From contig CBDATS010000005.1 of NCBI GenBank assembly GCA_965200245.1, positions 768,001 to 832,000 of the forward strand: a stretch of DNA of 64,000 bases, in the 5' to 3' direction. The stretch's first letter is position 1. Each line of letters opens with the position of its first letter. The stretch comes from a bacterium (lineage in GTDB: Bacteria > UBA8248). Positions 29,940-43,416 of the stretch are shown in pieces. The translations under genes and the position numbers were made by a program. The notes below the pieces were generated by a model. It had not been told where the DNA came from and did no database searches. It saw only the letters and a program-made list of their open reading frames with translations.

Positions 29940-30911
29940 TCAGTAGGTTGTGGCCATAGTGCTTTTCAGCATCTCAACAACGCGAATAGCGACGTCCAGA
30001 GAGCGCAATTCCCTTTCCGGATCGGCGACGACCTCCGATGCCTGCACCGATTGAAGGAAATGCCGCAACTCCAGCTTCAGCGGATTGCCCTTGTGGACGA
30101 ATACTCTTTCCACCTGGAATTGCTCGCGGTATTTGAGTTGCTCCAGCGTCAGTTGGTGCTCGCTCATCGCCTGGCGATGGATTCGGAGTTCCTGATCTGC
30201 ATAATCGAGCGTGATGTACGCATCCGGCTGCGATACCGAGAGGGTCCTGATCTTGTTCTGCGTCACCCGGCTGGCGGTGAGATTCGCCACACACCCGCTC
30301 TCGAAGCATATCTGTACGTTCGCGACGTCGTCGCGATCCGACAAAACGCTGGCGCCTGTCGCCGAGAGTAAACCGATATTCTCATCCACCAACCGTAAAA
30401 CGATGTCGAGGTCATGAATCATCAAGTCGAGCACCACGCCATCTTCGCGCACCCTCTGGGTGAAGGGCCCCAGCCTGCGGCATTCAATCAAGGTGGGGGC
30501 ATCGACGATGTGGCCCAATTCCTGAACCGCTCCGTTAAAGCGCTCGACATGGCCGATGTGAAGAACCAGATCGTTACGGGTCGCCAAGTCGAACAATTTC
30601 CTCGCATCCTTCATGTTGGTGCAAATGGGCTTTTCCACCAGCACGTGAATACCGTTGTCGAGGAACAGGGAGGACACATCGAAATGCTGCAAGGTGGGAA
30701 CCGCGATGGTGACCGCATCGACGCGCCCGATCAGATCGGCCGGGTCGGAAAACGCATCCGTCCCGTATCTATCGGCCAATTCCCCGGCGCGCACGGGAAC
30801 AAGGTCGCAGACAGCCGCCAGTTTCGCCTCCAAAAGCTCGGAAAGCGCGGCCACATGATAACTGCCCATATGGCCGATACCGACGACGCCGACTCGCAAA
30901 GGATCCGGCAT
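29940..30911 (-). CDS. Gfo/Idh/MocA oxidoreductase, GnnA-like (UDP-GlcNAc 3-dehydrogenase)
   Basis: GIGHMG, VEKP, GHVERFN, DLMIHDLD, ANLTASRV; located between lpxA and lpxI/lpxB. Confidence 0.8.
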   Translation of the reverse strand: MPDPLRVGVVGIGHMGSYHVAALSELLEAKLAAVCDLVPVRAGELADRYGTDAFSDPADLIGRVDAVTIAVPTLQHFDVSSLFLDNGIHVLVEKPICTNMKDARKLFDLATRNDLVLHIGHVERFNGAVQELGHIVDAPTLIECRRLGPFTQRVREDGVVLDLMIHDLDIVLRLVDENIGLLSATGASVLSDRDDVANVQICFESGCVANLTASRVTQNKIRTLSVSQPDAYITLDYADQELRIHRQAMSEHQLTLEQLKYREQFQVERVFVHKGNPLKLELRHFLQSVQASEVVADPERELRSLDVAIRVVEMLKSTMATTY

Positions 30912-30940
30912 AACCTTTTAACCCCATGAACCAATTATGT

Positions 30941-31723
30941 TTATACGCGACCCTGATAGACGCCGTTCTTCGAACTCCGCACGAATTCTACCACGGAACG
31001 GATTTCCGCTCCTAATGGCACCTGCGCTTCAATCAGCTCCAGCTTTTGCACCACCGTACCCGATTCGTTGAAAAGAATCTTGTACGCCCGTTTTATGTCC
31101 GCTCTCGCATCGGACCCAACACCTCTTCTGCGTAATCCGACCACGTTCAGGCCGACCACGCGGAAAGGTTCACCCGCCATCTTGAGGAAAGGAGGCACAT
31201 CTTTCCTCACCCCGGCGGGACCTACCAGAATCGTCCCTTCTCCGATTCTCATTCGCTGATGCACGCCAATGAAGTTCGAGATAAAGCAATTGTTTCCCAC
31301 TCCCACATGTCCCGCCAGAGAGCAATGGTTCACCAGAATCACCTCATCACCGATGTGGCAATCGTGACCCACGTGCGCACCGACCATGATGTAGCATTTC
31401 TCACCTATCACCGTGTTCTCGCCCTGGCGCATCGACCGGTGAATTGTCGCCGTTTCACGGATGACCGTACCCGCTCCAATCTCCACCCCACCCGAATCCT
31501 GCTGCAAACCGACGACTTGCGCCTCCAGACCGATGGCGGCGTTCGGAAAAATCCGGCACCCCTCGCCAATGACCGCGGGACCCTGAATGATTGCGTTCGG
31601 CCCGACCTCGCACCCGTCTCCCAGAATCACGTCCTCGCCCACAAAGGCGCCACGTCCGATTTTCACGTCCCTCCCGATCTTCGCTTGCGGGTCGATATGG
31701 GAAGTGGGAGCTATGTCGTTCAA
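30941..31723 (-). CDS. lpxA: UDP-N-acetylglucosamine acyltransferase
   Basis: Hexapeptide repeats, TIHR, HVGHDC, LAGHV, HQ, KDVPP, GLNVVGLRRRG. Confidence 0.92.
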   Translation of the reverse strand: MNDIAPTSHIDPQAKIGRDVKIGRGAFVGEDVILGDGCEVGPNAIIQGPAVIGEGCRIFPNAAIGLEAQVVGLQQDSGGVEIGAGTVIRETATIHRSMRQGENTVIGEKCYIMVGAHVGHDCHIGDEVILVNHCSLAGHVGVGNNCFISNFIGVHQRMRIGEGTILVGPAGVRKDVPPFLKMAGEPFRVVGLNVVGLRRRGVGSDARADIKRAYKILFNESGTVVQKLELIEAQVPLGAEIRSVVEFVRSSKNGVYQGRV

Positions 31724-31729
31724 GGGGTA

Positions 31730-32167
31730 TCAGGCTTTCGGTACGGCATAGGCGGATAGAATACCTTCGGCGGCGGTTTGGCCCTCCGCAAGTGCCTGCA
31801 CTTCAAATCTCCAAAAAGTCCTTCTGTTTTTCAAAAGTTTCGCGCGCAACTCCAGCAAGTCGCCTGGAACGACGGGACGCCTGAACTTCACCTGCTGGAT
31901 TCCCGTGAAGAAGAATTCTGCGTCGGGTTCGATCAACTCCAACTCGAACAGACAAATCAGACCGGCCTGCGCCAAGGCCTCAATGACCAATACACCCGGC
32001 ATGATGGGATTACCCGGGAAATGGCCCCTGAAAAACGGTTCCTCTTCCGAGACTTTCTTTTGGGCGACGATGGAAACCTCATCCGGATCCAGTTCCGTTA
32101 CGTGGTCGACAAAAAGAAACGGATCCCTGTGCGGGATAATCTCCTGTATTCGCTGACTGTCCATCAT
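31730..32167 (-). CDS. fabZ: 3-hydroxyacyl-ACP dehydratase
   Basis: [42 protein letters not shown]. Confidence 0.96.
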   Translation of the reverse strand: MMDSQRIQEIIPHRDPFLFVDHVTELDPDEVSIVAQKKVSEEEPFFRGHFPGNPIMPGVLVIEALAQAGLICLFELELIEPDAEFFFTGIQQVKFRRPVVPGDLLELRAKLLKNRRTFWRFEVQALAEGQTAAEGILSAYAVPKA

Positions 32168-33171
32168 AATTCCAGTTTGCCCATCCTTCTTTCGAGTTCG
32201 TTGACTCTTTCGGCCAGCCTCGGCAGATTCCGGAGGACCGCGATTCGCCTGCGCGCATCGTGAATTTCCGCCGCCGGGATATGGAGATACGTCTTCCCAC
32301 CCTCAAGACTCTTTGGCACGCCGGTTCCCGCTCCGAGTCTCGCGCCGTCTCCGATTTCCACGTGATCCGCCACTCCGACGCCACCCCCCATCATGACACC
32401 CCGGCCAATCCGAACACTGCCCGATATGCCCACCTGGCTCGCGAGAATGCAATCTTCCCCGACCTCGACATTGTGGGCAATTTGCACGAGGTTGTCGATT
32501 TTCGTGCCCCGCCTGATCCTCGTTTCCCTGAGCGCTGCGCGATCGATCGTCGTGTTCGCACCGATTTCCACGTCATCCTCGATTACGACCCTGCCCGTTT
32601 GCGGGTACTTGAAAATACGGCCCTCTTCATCGGGAACGTAACCGAACCCGTCCGCCCCGACGACGACGCCCGCATGGAGGATCACCCGGGAGCCAATTTC
32701 CACGTCGGCGTACAAAACGCAATTCGGGTGGATGAAACACCCTGAACCAATTTCGACGTTTTCGCCGACGCGTGCCCCCGCTCCGATGTAAGAGTCCTCT
32801 CCCACTACGACGCCATCTGCGAGAGACGCGAAAGGCCCCACGTATACGCCGTCTCCCAGACGGGCCGAACGGGAAACGGCGGCCTTGGCGTCAATGCCCG
32901 ACTGGAATTCCCGAGGGGGACGGAACAGCGAAACCGCACGAGCGAAGGACAACTTCGGGTTTTGGGTGGAAATTGCGGGACGACCGATTTCCAGACCACG
33001 GGGAACGATGAGGGCACCCGCATCGGAATGCGTACTCAGCATTTTCGCCGATTCAACGTAACTCAGATCTTTCGGCGATGCGCTTTCATACTCGGCCACA
33101 TCCTGTATGTCAATGTTCCCGTCACCGATGAGTTCGCCGCCAAGCAGATTTGAGATGTCCGCAAGAAGCAT
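32164..33171 (-). CDS. lpxD: UDP-3-O-acyl-glucosamine N-acyltransferase
   Basis: [34 protein letters not shown]. Confidence 0.96.
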   Translation of the reverse strand: MLLADISNLLGGELIGDGNIDIQDVAEYESASPKDLSYVESAKMLSTHSDAGALIVPRGLEIGRPAISTQNPKLSFARAVSLFRPPREFQSGIDAKAAVSRSARLGDGVYVGPFASLADGVVVGEDSYIGAGARVGENVEIGSGCFIHPNCVLYADVEIGSRVILHAGVVVGADGFGYVPDEEGRIFKYPQTGRVVIEDDVEIGANTTIDRAALRETRIRRGTKIDNLVQIAHNVEVGEDCILASQVGISGSVRIGRGVMMGGGVGVADHVEIGDGARLGAGTGVPKSLEGGKTYLHIPAAEIHDARRRIAVLRNLPRLAERVNELERRMGKLEL

Positions 33172-33172
33172 T

Positions 33173-33778
33173 TTATTTCTTCTTCTGATCGTACAGCTTG
33201 ATCACCTTCTCCGTGAGATTCACTTTCGGGTTGACAAATAATACACCGCCTGAGGCATTGTCGATGATGACGTCATAACCTTCGTTCTTTCCGATATCCT
33301 CGACGATCACGCGAACCTCCTTCAAGACCTTCTCTGTGGCAATCCTCCGGCGCTCCTGGAGGTCTCGTTCGCTCTCTCGCACCAATCGTCTCAAATTGTC
33401 CTGCTCACGTGCGAGGTCCCTTCTCTGGGACCGCAAGTCGAACGTCTTGCGCTCTTTTTCCTCCTCGCGCCAGACTCCGCTCTTTTGCTCGATCTCCAAC
33501 TGCAGGTCCCGCACCTTGTTCGCCAGAACACTCAGCTCGTCACGCCTTTTCCGAATCGCGCTTTGAAGCCTGTTTTTCTCCCTTTCCAATGCCGCACTTG
33601 CGGTTCGGCCACCCTTCGAAATCCGTAACACGCGCTGAATGTTGACGACACCGTATCGCTCGCTCGCCGATTCTGCATGCTCCACACACCCGAAGGCTAA
33701 AAGCATCGAAAAGACCAACACGGATGGACCATATCGCCTCACTGCAAACATCCTCCTCGTCAAGGGAGAAACCGACAC
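33173..33778 (-). CDS. skp: OmpH/Skp periplasmic chaperone (start uncertain)
   Basis: Signal peptide, GVVNIQRVL, coiled coil, GYDVII, NLTEKVI; between bamA and lpxD. Confidence 0.88.
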   Translation of the reverse strand: MSVSPLTRRMFAVRRYGPSVLVFSMLLAFGCVEHAESASERYGVVNIQRVLRISKGGRTASAALEREKNRLQSAIRKRRDELSVLANKVRDLQLEIEQKSGVWREEEKERKTFDLRSQRRDLAREQDNLRRLVRESERDLQERRRIATEKVLKEVRVIVEDIGKNEGYDVIIDNASGGVLFVNPKVNLTEKVIKLYDQKKK

Positions 33779-33786
33779 ACGCGATT

Positions 33787-36102
33787 CTAGAACGCAGCCC
33801 CGATTCCCAGGTGCACTTCTCTTGTTCGCTCGCCCTCTTCCCTGTCCAGCTTGTATCCAATATCGAGCCGCATGGGGCCAATAGGCGTCACGATACGCAA
33901 GCCGATTCCGCCGCCGTATCGCAATTCCCCGAAATCGAACGCATTGTCCTCATCCCAGATGTTTCCCATATCGAAGAAAACCGCAACCTGCGTCGGACCA
34001 ATAAAAGGATGCGTCAATTCGACCGATCCGACAGCAGCGGAGAATCCGCCGACGGCTTCGCCTTGTGAGTCCTTCGGCCCCAGATCGCTGGAGGCGAATC
34101 CTCGAACAGTGTACTTTCTGGTGGCGTACAAACGACGGAAAGCCGGCACTTCGTCATCAAGCGCTTCGACGAAGCGGACGCTGCCCCGCAGACTCAAGAC
34201 CAGATCCCTTAACAAGCGGATCCGGAAACGCTCCCCGATATTGTGATATTGCCTGAATTCGGCCTCGGCGGTGAGCACGTCAACATCTCCACCCAACATC
34301 GAAGTGGTGATCGTGGAGGCGATGCTCCAGTATGTGCCATCCGTCGGGAAAATGGGTCTGTTCAGGCTATCGTACACCAGCCTTGGCATGATGCTGCTTT
34401 CGAGGAAAGTTTCCCCGTCCTGCTCGAGAATCGTGGATATCGCCGTATCGGAAACGTCACTGATCTCAGATTCCGCAATCTCATAAGAGATGAAACCCCT
34501 CAGGAATTCCTGAAACTCCCTGCCGACCGTTATACGGGCGCCCTGTTTCTGGTTGTCGAAAGTCTCATATTCCTGACCGACGAAAAATAGGCTTCCCCCG
34601 AGCGAGTAGCCGGAATCGCGGAAGTTGGGGTCGAAATATTCCGCTACCAAATCGAAGCGCTGCGAAGAAATCCTGGTGAACAAGGAACCAGTCAGGCCCT
34701 TGCCGAACAAATTCGCTTCTCTCAGTTCACCCTGCCCGTAGAAACCCTCATCGCTGTTGACACCGAGGCCGCCCGTGATCGAGCCAGTTGGTTTCTCCTT
34801 CACCTCGATTTCGATGTCGAGTATTTCATCGTTGTTCGGACGCCGCTTTTCAACAACCTTGACTGTCTCGAAATAGTTCTTGCGTCTGAGGCGCTGACGC
34901 GTCAAATCCAATCCTCTCGCGCTGTACAGCGACCCCTCGATGACGCGGACGTTGCGGCGAATCACGTTCTCGCGCGTGCGGGTGTTGCCTTTTACAACCA
35001 CCTTTCCGATGTATACCCTTCGCCCCTTGTTGATTCGAACGGTAATGTCGACCGTTTTCCTCTCGTCGTCCGTTTTCGTGAAACTGTTGACGTCCACGAA
35101 CGCATAGCCACGGTTTGAGAATTGGCTCGTAATCGCCCGCACGTCGGCAAGCAAACGGGATTTGTTGAAGATATCGCCGACGAAAACGAGCATTTTCCGC
35201 CGGATTTCCTCTGCGGGAATGACGTCCTCCCCGCCGCGGACCTCGATTTTGGCGACTGTGTAGCGAAGCCCCTCGCGAATGGGAATCGTTATGTCAATGC
35301 GGCCCCTCGCCCGGTCCTCGCGGATGATGGGTTGGTTGACCTGAGCCTTGGCGTAGCCTCGGCTTTCATACAACAGGCGAATCCGGACCAGATCTCTCTG
35401 CAGTACCTCTTCGTTGAATACCCCCGAACTCGTCAGAAAAGAGAAAAGACCCTTCTCGCTGGTTTCCATGGCCTTGAGCAGTTCCCTTCTGGATATCCTG
35501 CTATTGCCTTCGAAATTGATGGAGCGGATGCTGACACTTTCCCCCTCGTCGATCACCAGGGTGACGGACACCGTATTCGGGCCGCTTTCCTTGAGAACCG
35601 CTTCTACGCGCGCGAAATAATAGCCGCTTTTCTGGTAGAGTTTCCGGACGTTGCGAGCGCTTTCTTTCAGGATGGATTCGTTGACGATGGTCTGAACCTT
35701 CACTGCCATGCGCTCGCGGATTTTCTCAAGGTCCAGATTGCTGTTTCCGATGATTTCGATCTGGTTGATCGTTGGTTTTTCGTCGAGTTGATAAACCACG
35801 CGGAGCCCGCCTTCCAGAGACTCCACCTTGACTTGCACGTCCCGGAAGAATCCCAGTTTGTATATGGCGCGAACGTCCTCGCGGGTTTGCCTGACCAGTT
35901 CTACGTTCGTGTAGCTTTGCCCTTCCTTGAGCTTCACGTAGAAGAGGACTGTGGAGCGATCGACCTTGCGATTTCCCTGAACCTCAATGGCACGAATCGT
36001 GATGGCCGGCGAGGCCGACTGTCCCGCCGCCTGATAAACAGTGACGACGAGAACCATAACAGCCAAAACGGCGCATGCCAGCACCTTCGCCGCAGTACGC
36101 AT
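33787..36102 (-). CDS. bamA: Outer membrane protein assembly factor BamA
   Basis: POTRA repeats (GNRKV, GNTRTRENVIRR), VRGF, TPIGPMRLD, C-terminal Phe. Confidence 0.95.
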   Translation of the reverse strand: MRTAAKVLACAVLAVMVLVVTVYQAAGQSASPAITIRAIEVQGNRKVDRSTVLFYVKLKEGQSYTNVELVRQTREDVRAIYKLGFFRDVQVKVESLEGGLRVVYQLDEKPTINQIEIIGNSNLDLEKIRERMAVKVQTIVNESILKESARNVRKLYQKSGYYFARVEAVLKESGPNTVSVTLVIDEGESVSIRSINFEGNSRISRRELLKAMETSEKGLFSFLTSSGVFNEEVLQRDLVRIRLLYESRGYAKAQVNQPIIREDRARGRIDITIPIREGLRYTVAKIEVRGGEDVIPAEEIRRKMLVFVGDIFNKSRLLADVRAITSQFSNRGYAFVDVNSFTKTDDERKTVDITVRINKGRRVYIGKVVVKGNTRTRENVIRRNVRVIEGSLYSARGLDLTRQRLRRKNYFETVKVVEKRRPNNDEILDIEIEVKEKPTGSITGGLGVNSDEGFYGQGELREANLFGKGLTGSLFTRISSQRFDLVAEYFDPNFRDSGYSLGGSLFFVGQEYETFDNQKQGARITVGREFQEFLRGFISYEIAESEISDVSDTAISTILEQDGETFLESSIMPRLVYDSLNRPIFPTDGTYWSIASTITTSMLGGDVDVLTAEAEFRQYHNIGERFRIRLLRDLVLSLRGSVRFVEALDDEVPAFRRLYATRKYTVRGFASSDLGPKDSQGEAVGGFSAAVGSVELTHPFIGPTQVAVFFDMGNIWDEDNAFDFGELRYGGGIGLRIVTPIGPMRLDIGYKLDREEGERTREVHLGIGAAF

Positions 36103-36155
36103 AAGGTCACCCCCCCGAGAAAGAAGGGGAAAGAAACTTCGGTTTTCCGGTAAAT

Positions 36156-38600
<2,445 letters not shown>

Positions 38601-38610
38601 ACGGCCCTCC

Positions 38611-39351
38611 TTACTTCTGTTGAGCTACTCTCCCATCCACCACAGCGATCACACGATCCATTCTTTCCGCCATCAAAGCGTTGTGCGTCGCCACCAGAAT
38701 CGTTTGTCTACCTATCTCGTTAATTTCCCGAAGTAGTTCAAATATCGTTTCCGCAGTCGATGAATCCAGATTTCCTGTTGGTTCATCCGCAAGCACAACA
38801 GAAGGATTGTTAATTAACGCGCGGGCTATGGCAACCCTTTGCTGCTCTCCACCAGACAGTTCCCCGGGTCGATGATTCCATCTCTTGGCCAAGCCCATGC
38901 GGCCCAACAATTCCCTAGCCTGCTCCTCCACTTCGCTTCTATTTTTCCGTTCTCTGTGGAACAGACCCGGTATCATAACATTTTCCAGGCCGGAAAACTC
39001 GGGTAAAAGATGATGAAATTGAAAAACGAAGCCTACGTGCCGATTTCTCAGGCGAGCCAGTTCGGCTTCGGAGCAATCAGAGAGGCTTCTGCCCTCAAGA
39101 ATCACCTCACCCTTTGTCGGCCTGTCGAGCGCTCCCAAAAGGTGGAGCAAGGTTGTTTTCCCCGCTCCCGAAACACCCATGACGGCGACCATCTCTCCAT
39201 GATCGACTTCGAGGTCAACGCCGCTGAGCGCCATGACCACGCCGCCTGTCATGGAATAAGATTTCTCCAGTCCCCTGGTGACAATCACTTTCGGTGATAT
39301 GCCCTTGGGTGAAGCGGAATCACTCATCTCCAATATTCCCGGATCAACCAT
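38611..39351 (-). CDS. lolD: Lipoprotein-releasing ABC ATPase
   Basis: GVSGAGKT, GFVFQFHHLLPEF, LSGGEQQR, LADEPTGNLD. Confidence 0.93.
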   Translation of the reverse strand: MVDPGILEMSDSASPKGISPKVIVTRGLEKSYSMTGGVVMALSGVDLEVDHGEMVAVMGVSGAGKTTLLHLLGALDRPTKGEVILEGRSLSDCSEAELARLRNRHVGFVFQFHHLLPEFSGLENVMIPGLFHRERKNRSEVEEQARELLGRMGLAKRWNHRPGELSGGEQQRVAIARALINNPSVVLADEPTGNLDSSTAETIFELLREINEIGRQTILVATHNALMAERMDRVIAVVDGRVAQQK

Positions 39352-40609
39352 AACGGAGATTTTCTACCGGATCGACGCGAGAAGCACGCCATGCTGGATA
39401 AAGCGTCGCCGCCAAACAGATGACAAGAGCAGCAATCGCCGTCACGGAGACGTCTGCAGGCGTCATCAACACCGGCAGCCGTTCCAGATGGTAAACGCTG
39501 GCAGGCAAGATGTCCAGACCAAAGACGCGTTCCAGAAAATCTTCCACGATATGGAGATTCCATCCGAGAACGAGGCCTCCACCGACTCCCAGCACGGCGC
39601 CCAGCAGACCGATGAAGGCGCCCTGGACAAAAAATATCCTCAATATTGCGCCGCTTGTAGCGCCCATCGACTTCAGGATAGCGATTTCACGACCTTTCTC
39701 CATCACCACCATCACCAGCGAACCGATGATGTTGAAGGCGGCCACGACCACGACGAGAAGAAGGAGGATCGTCAGCGTGGTCTTTTCGGTTTTGAGCGCG
39801 GAGAAGAGCTTTTGGTTCATTTCCTGCCAGGAGCGCGACGAATACCGACTCGAAAGTCCACTCTGGATTTTGCGGGAAATACGCTCGGCCTCGAAGATGT
39901 CCTTGACGCGCAGGTGCACTCCTGTAACGGATTTGCCAAACCCGAAGAACGTCTGGCTCTCCTTCATCGAAACGAACGAGAGCCCGGCGTCGTATTGATA
40001 AAAACCACTGCGAAAGATTCCCGCCACCTGGAATTTTCTCGTTCGGGGCACCAGACCCATGGGCGTGACCTCCCCCACGGGGCTCACCATCGTCACCACG
40101 TCCCCCTCCGTCAAAACGAGATTCTTCGCGAGTTCGGCCCCGACGATGATGCCGGGCTTGCCCGCACCGTTTTGCTCCAGCAGCTTTTTCAGTGAGCCTC
40201 CCTTCAGATATCTCCGAATGTCCGTCACGTCGATTTCCCGATCCGGATCGACACCGCGCACCACCGCGCCCATAACGCGGTTATTGAACGAGAACATCGC
40301 CTGCCCGTATACGAAAGGACTCGCCGCCACCACACCCTCATGCTTGCGCGCCTTCTCCAGGACATCCCGCCACTTGCGCATGAGGGAAGCGCCCGATTTC
40401 GTGATGACGATATGGCTTTGCGTACCCAGTATCTTGTCGCGGAATTCACGCTGAAACCCCGTCATGACACCCACCACGACTATAAGGGTGGCGACACCCA
40501 GTGCGATGCCCAGCACGGAAATCCAGGTGGTGAGCGAGACAAAGGCAAACTTGCCGCGCGAACGCAGGTGCCTGAGACCGATGAACAGTTCCGTGGAGAG
40601 CGACATCAT
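39344..40609 (-). CDS. lolC: Lipoprotein-releasing ABC permease LolC/E
   Basis: [44 protein letters not shown]. Confidence 0.92.
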   Translation of the reverse strand: MMSLSTELFIGLRHLRSRGKFAFVSLTTWISVLGIALGVATLIVVVGVMTGFQREFRDKILGTQSHIVITKSGASLMRKWRDVLEKARKHEGVVAASPFVYGQAMFSFNNRVMGAVVRGVDPDREIDVTDIRRYLKGGSLKKLLEQNGAGKPGIIVGAELAKNLVLTEGDVVTMVSPVGEVTPMGLVPRTRKFQVAGIFRSGFYQYDAGLSFVSMKESQTFFGFGKSVTGVHLRVKDIFEAERISRKIQSGLSSRYSSRSWQEMNQKLFSALKTEKTTLTILLLLVVVVAAFNIIGSLVMVVMEKGREIAILKSMGATSGAILRIFFVQGAFIGLLGAVLGVGGGLVLGWNLHIVEDFLERVFGLDILPASVYHLERLPVLMTPADVSVTAIAALVICLAATLYPAWRASRVDPVENLRYG

Positions 40610-42141
40610 TCGTCCTGTTGTTTGCGCAACAGCGGAAAAAGGATGACGTCGCGAATCGAATGCGAGTTCGTAAACAGCATCGCCAGCCTGTCAATCCCGA
40701 TTCCCTCGCCCGCCGTAGGCGGCAAGCCGTATTCCAGCGCCGTCAGGTAATCCCAGTCGATCCCGTGGGCTTCATCGTCGCCGGCCTCCCTAGCCGCTTC
40801 CTGCAACTCAAAGCGCGCGCGCTGATCGTCCGGGTCGTTCAACTCCGTATAGGCGTTGGCGATCTCGCGCCCGGCGATGATGAGTTCGAAGCGCTCTACG
40901 GTGTCGGGGTCGTCTTCCCTGCTCTTGGACAACGGCGAAAGGGCCTTGGGAAAATCGTGTATGAACGTGGGCTGTCGAAGTTTCGGCTCCACGATTTCCT
41001 CGAAAAGATACTCCAGAATGTGTACGTGGCTCATATCGTCCGGAATGGGATAGCCCCTGGGTTCTGCAACTTTTCTCGCGAAAAGGCGAGCCCTTTCCTC
41101 GTCTTCGAGCACTTCTTCGGGTGCGCCGCCCACCGCCACGATGGAATCGCGCCACTTGAATCGCGCCCAGGGCGCCTGGAACGAGATTTCCTCGTCCCCG
41201 TAAACGAGCACCTCACTACCCAGAATCTCCCGGGCCAGCGAGGTCAGCATTTTTTCCGTCAACACCATCAGGTCGTTATAGTCGGCATAGGCCATATAGT
41301 ATTCCAGCATGGTAAATTCCGGGTTGTGTTGGGTGGATATGCCCTCGTTCCGGAAATTGCGGTTGATCTCGTAGACGCGTTCCATTCCACCGACGACCAG
41401 GCGCTTGAGATAGAGTTCGGGCGCCACGCGGAGGAACAGGGGCATTTCCAGGGTGTTGTGGTAGGTGGTGAACGGCCTGGCTGTCGCACCGCCCGCGATG
41501 GCCTGCATCATCGGAGTTTCGACTTCCAGGAAATTCAAATCATCCAGAAAGCGGCGTATCGACTGAATCATACGGGCACGCACCTGAAACACCTGTACCA
41601 CTTCGGGGTTCGCTATCAGGTCCACATAGCGTTGCCGGTAGCGGGCCTCCACGTTTCTCAGACCATGCCATTTTTCCGGAAGCGGACGGAGACTTTTCGT
41701 GAGCAGGCCAATGCGGCGCACCCAGACGGAGAGTTCTCCCATCCTCGTGCGGAACACCCCGCCCTCGACGCCAACGATGTCACCGATGTCGAGTTCCCGG
41801 GCGAGTTGAAAGGCCTCCTCGCCGATCTCGTTCATCCGAATGAACAACTGAATCTGCCCCGTCCCATCGCGCAGATCGAGAAAGGCGACTTTCCCCTGCA
41901 CCCGTCTGGCGATGATTCTTCCTGCCACGGAAAAATCCTGCTCTTTCGCCTCATCGAAACCGTCCGCAGGGACATCGTGGTACTGCGCGACGATAACGCC
42001 GATCCGGTGTGTCGTCGGGAAGCGGTTCACGAACGGGTTGGCACCGGATGCGCGAATGCCTTCGAGTTTTTTCCTGCGGCTCCGGCTCAGGATATTTTCA
42101 TCGTCCCGCTCTTCGGGCGATGATGCCACTTCTTCCGCCAC
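40606..42141 (-). CDS. lysS: Lysine--tRNA ligase (class II)
   Basis: [46 protein letters not shown]. Confidence 0.97.
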   Translation of the reverse strand: MAEEVASSPEERDDENILSRSRRKKLEGIRASGANPFVNRFPTTHRIGVIVAQYHDVPADGFDEAKEQDFSVAGRIIARRVQGKVAFLDLRDGTGQIQLFIRMNEIGEEAFQLARELDIGDIVGVEGGVFRTRMGELSVWVRRIGLLTKSLRPLPEKWHGLRNVEARYRQRYVDLIANPEVVQVFQVRARMIQSIRRFLDDLNFLEVETPMMQAIAGGATARPFTTYHNTLEMPLFLRVAPELYLKRLVVGGMERVYEINRNFRNEGISTQHNPEFTMLEYYMAYADYNDLMVLTEKMLTSLAREILGSEVLVYGDEEISFQAPWARFKWRDSIVAVGGAPEEVLEDEERARLFARKVAEPRGYPIPDDMSHVHILEYLFEEIVEPKLRQPTFIHDFPKALSPLSKSREDDPDTVERFELIIAGREIANAYTELNDPDDQRARFELQEAAREAGDDEAHGIDWDYLTALEYGLPPTAGEGIGIDRLAMLFTNSHSIRDVILFPLLRKQQDE

Positions 42142-42216
42142 GGGGGCGTTCCTCCCATATCACTTTCAGCGTCGAGTAAAAACGCGGTTCGCCCGCCCCA
42201 ATCCGGGCGTCGGCGA

Positions 42217-43339
42217 TTACGCGCGCGCGTTCGCCTTCTCCTGTATCAGCAACAGCAGGTAGGCGTCGATGAAGGCGTCGATATTTCCATCCAGCACGGC
42301 GTTTACATCGGAACGTTCCACGTCGGTCCGATGATCCTTCACCATGCGGTAGGGATGCAAGACGTAGGAGCGAATCTGGCTCCCAAAACCAATGGTTTTC
42401 TTCATGGCGTGCAGCACTTCCTTTTCCTCCTCGCGCTTGCGCTTCTCAAGCTCGTACAACTGGCCGCGCAACAGTTTCATGGCCGTGGCACGGTTTTTGT
42501 GCTGGCTCCTCTCGTTCTGGCACGAGACCACGATGCCCGTGAGCATATGGGTGATCCGCACCGCGGAATCCGTGGTATTCACATGCTGACCGCCTGCGCC
42601 CGAACTCCGGAACACGTCAATCCGCAAGTCGTTCTCGTCTATCTCGATCTCCATGTCATCCGACACCTCGGGAACGACATCGACCGAAGCGAACGAGGTA
42701 TGCCGTTTGGCGCTGGCATCGAAAGGCGAAATCCTGATCAAGCGATGCACACCCACTTCCGCCCGAAGGTAGCCGTACGCGTAATCCCCCTGAACGATCA
42801 AGGTGGCATTCTTGATGCCGGCCTCTTCTCCTCCCAGTATGGAAACGAGGCGCGCCTTGTAACCTTTCTCTTCCGCCCACCTCGTGTACAGGCGAAAGAG
42901 CATCTCGGCCCAATCCTGGCTTTCCACACCGCCTGCGCCTGCGTTCACGGAGAGGATGGCGTTGGCCTTGTCCTCTTCGGAATCCATGACCAGGTGAAAT
43001 TCGAGGCGCTCGATCCCCTTGAAAAGCGAGGAAAGCGCATTTTCGATTTCGCTCAGGAGTTCCGACTCGGACGTCTCTTCCATCTGGAGAAGCTGGAGAA
43101 ATTCTTTCTGATCGTTCAGTCTCTCGCTGAGGTCCTCCCAGTTGCGTATCGTCTTCTCAAGCGAGGCACGCTGCTTCAACGTGTTCTGTGCGGCCTCGGG
43201 GTCGTTCCAGAAATCCGCCTCTCCGGCGAGTTTATCGAGTCTGGCGCACTCCGCCTCCAGTCTGTCGAGGTCAAAGCCGCCCTCGTAGTTCACGGAGGCG
43301 CGCCTCCAGTTGCTCGCATTTCCTGTCTAGCTCTTCCAT
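42217..43339 (-). CDS. prfB: Peptide chain release factor 2 with programmed +1 frameshift
   Basis: ATG 43339 MEELDRKCEQLEARLRELRGRL, then CTT TGA C at 43276-43270, continuing DLDRLEAE; SPF and GGQ motifs. Confidence 0.95.
43270..43285 (-). promoter_or_regulatory. prfB +1 ribosomal frameshift site with upstream SD-like sequence
   Basis: Minus strand CGAGGG-CGG-CTT-TGA-C. Confidence 0.9.
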
Positions 43340-43416
43340 CTACATCTCCCATCCTTTGATTTACAACTCCATGACCTGTCGGCACGGAGTCCTTCCGGGC
43401 AGTCATGAACATCTTA

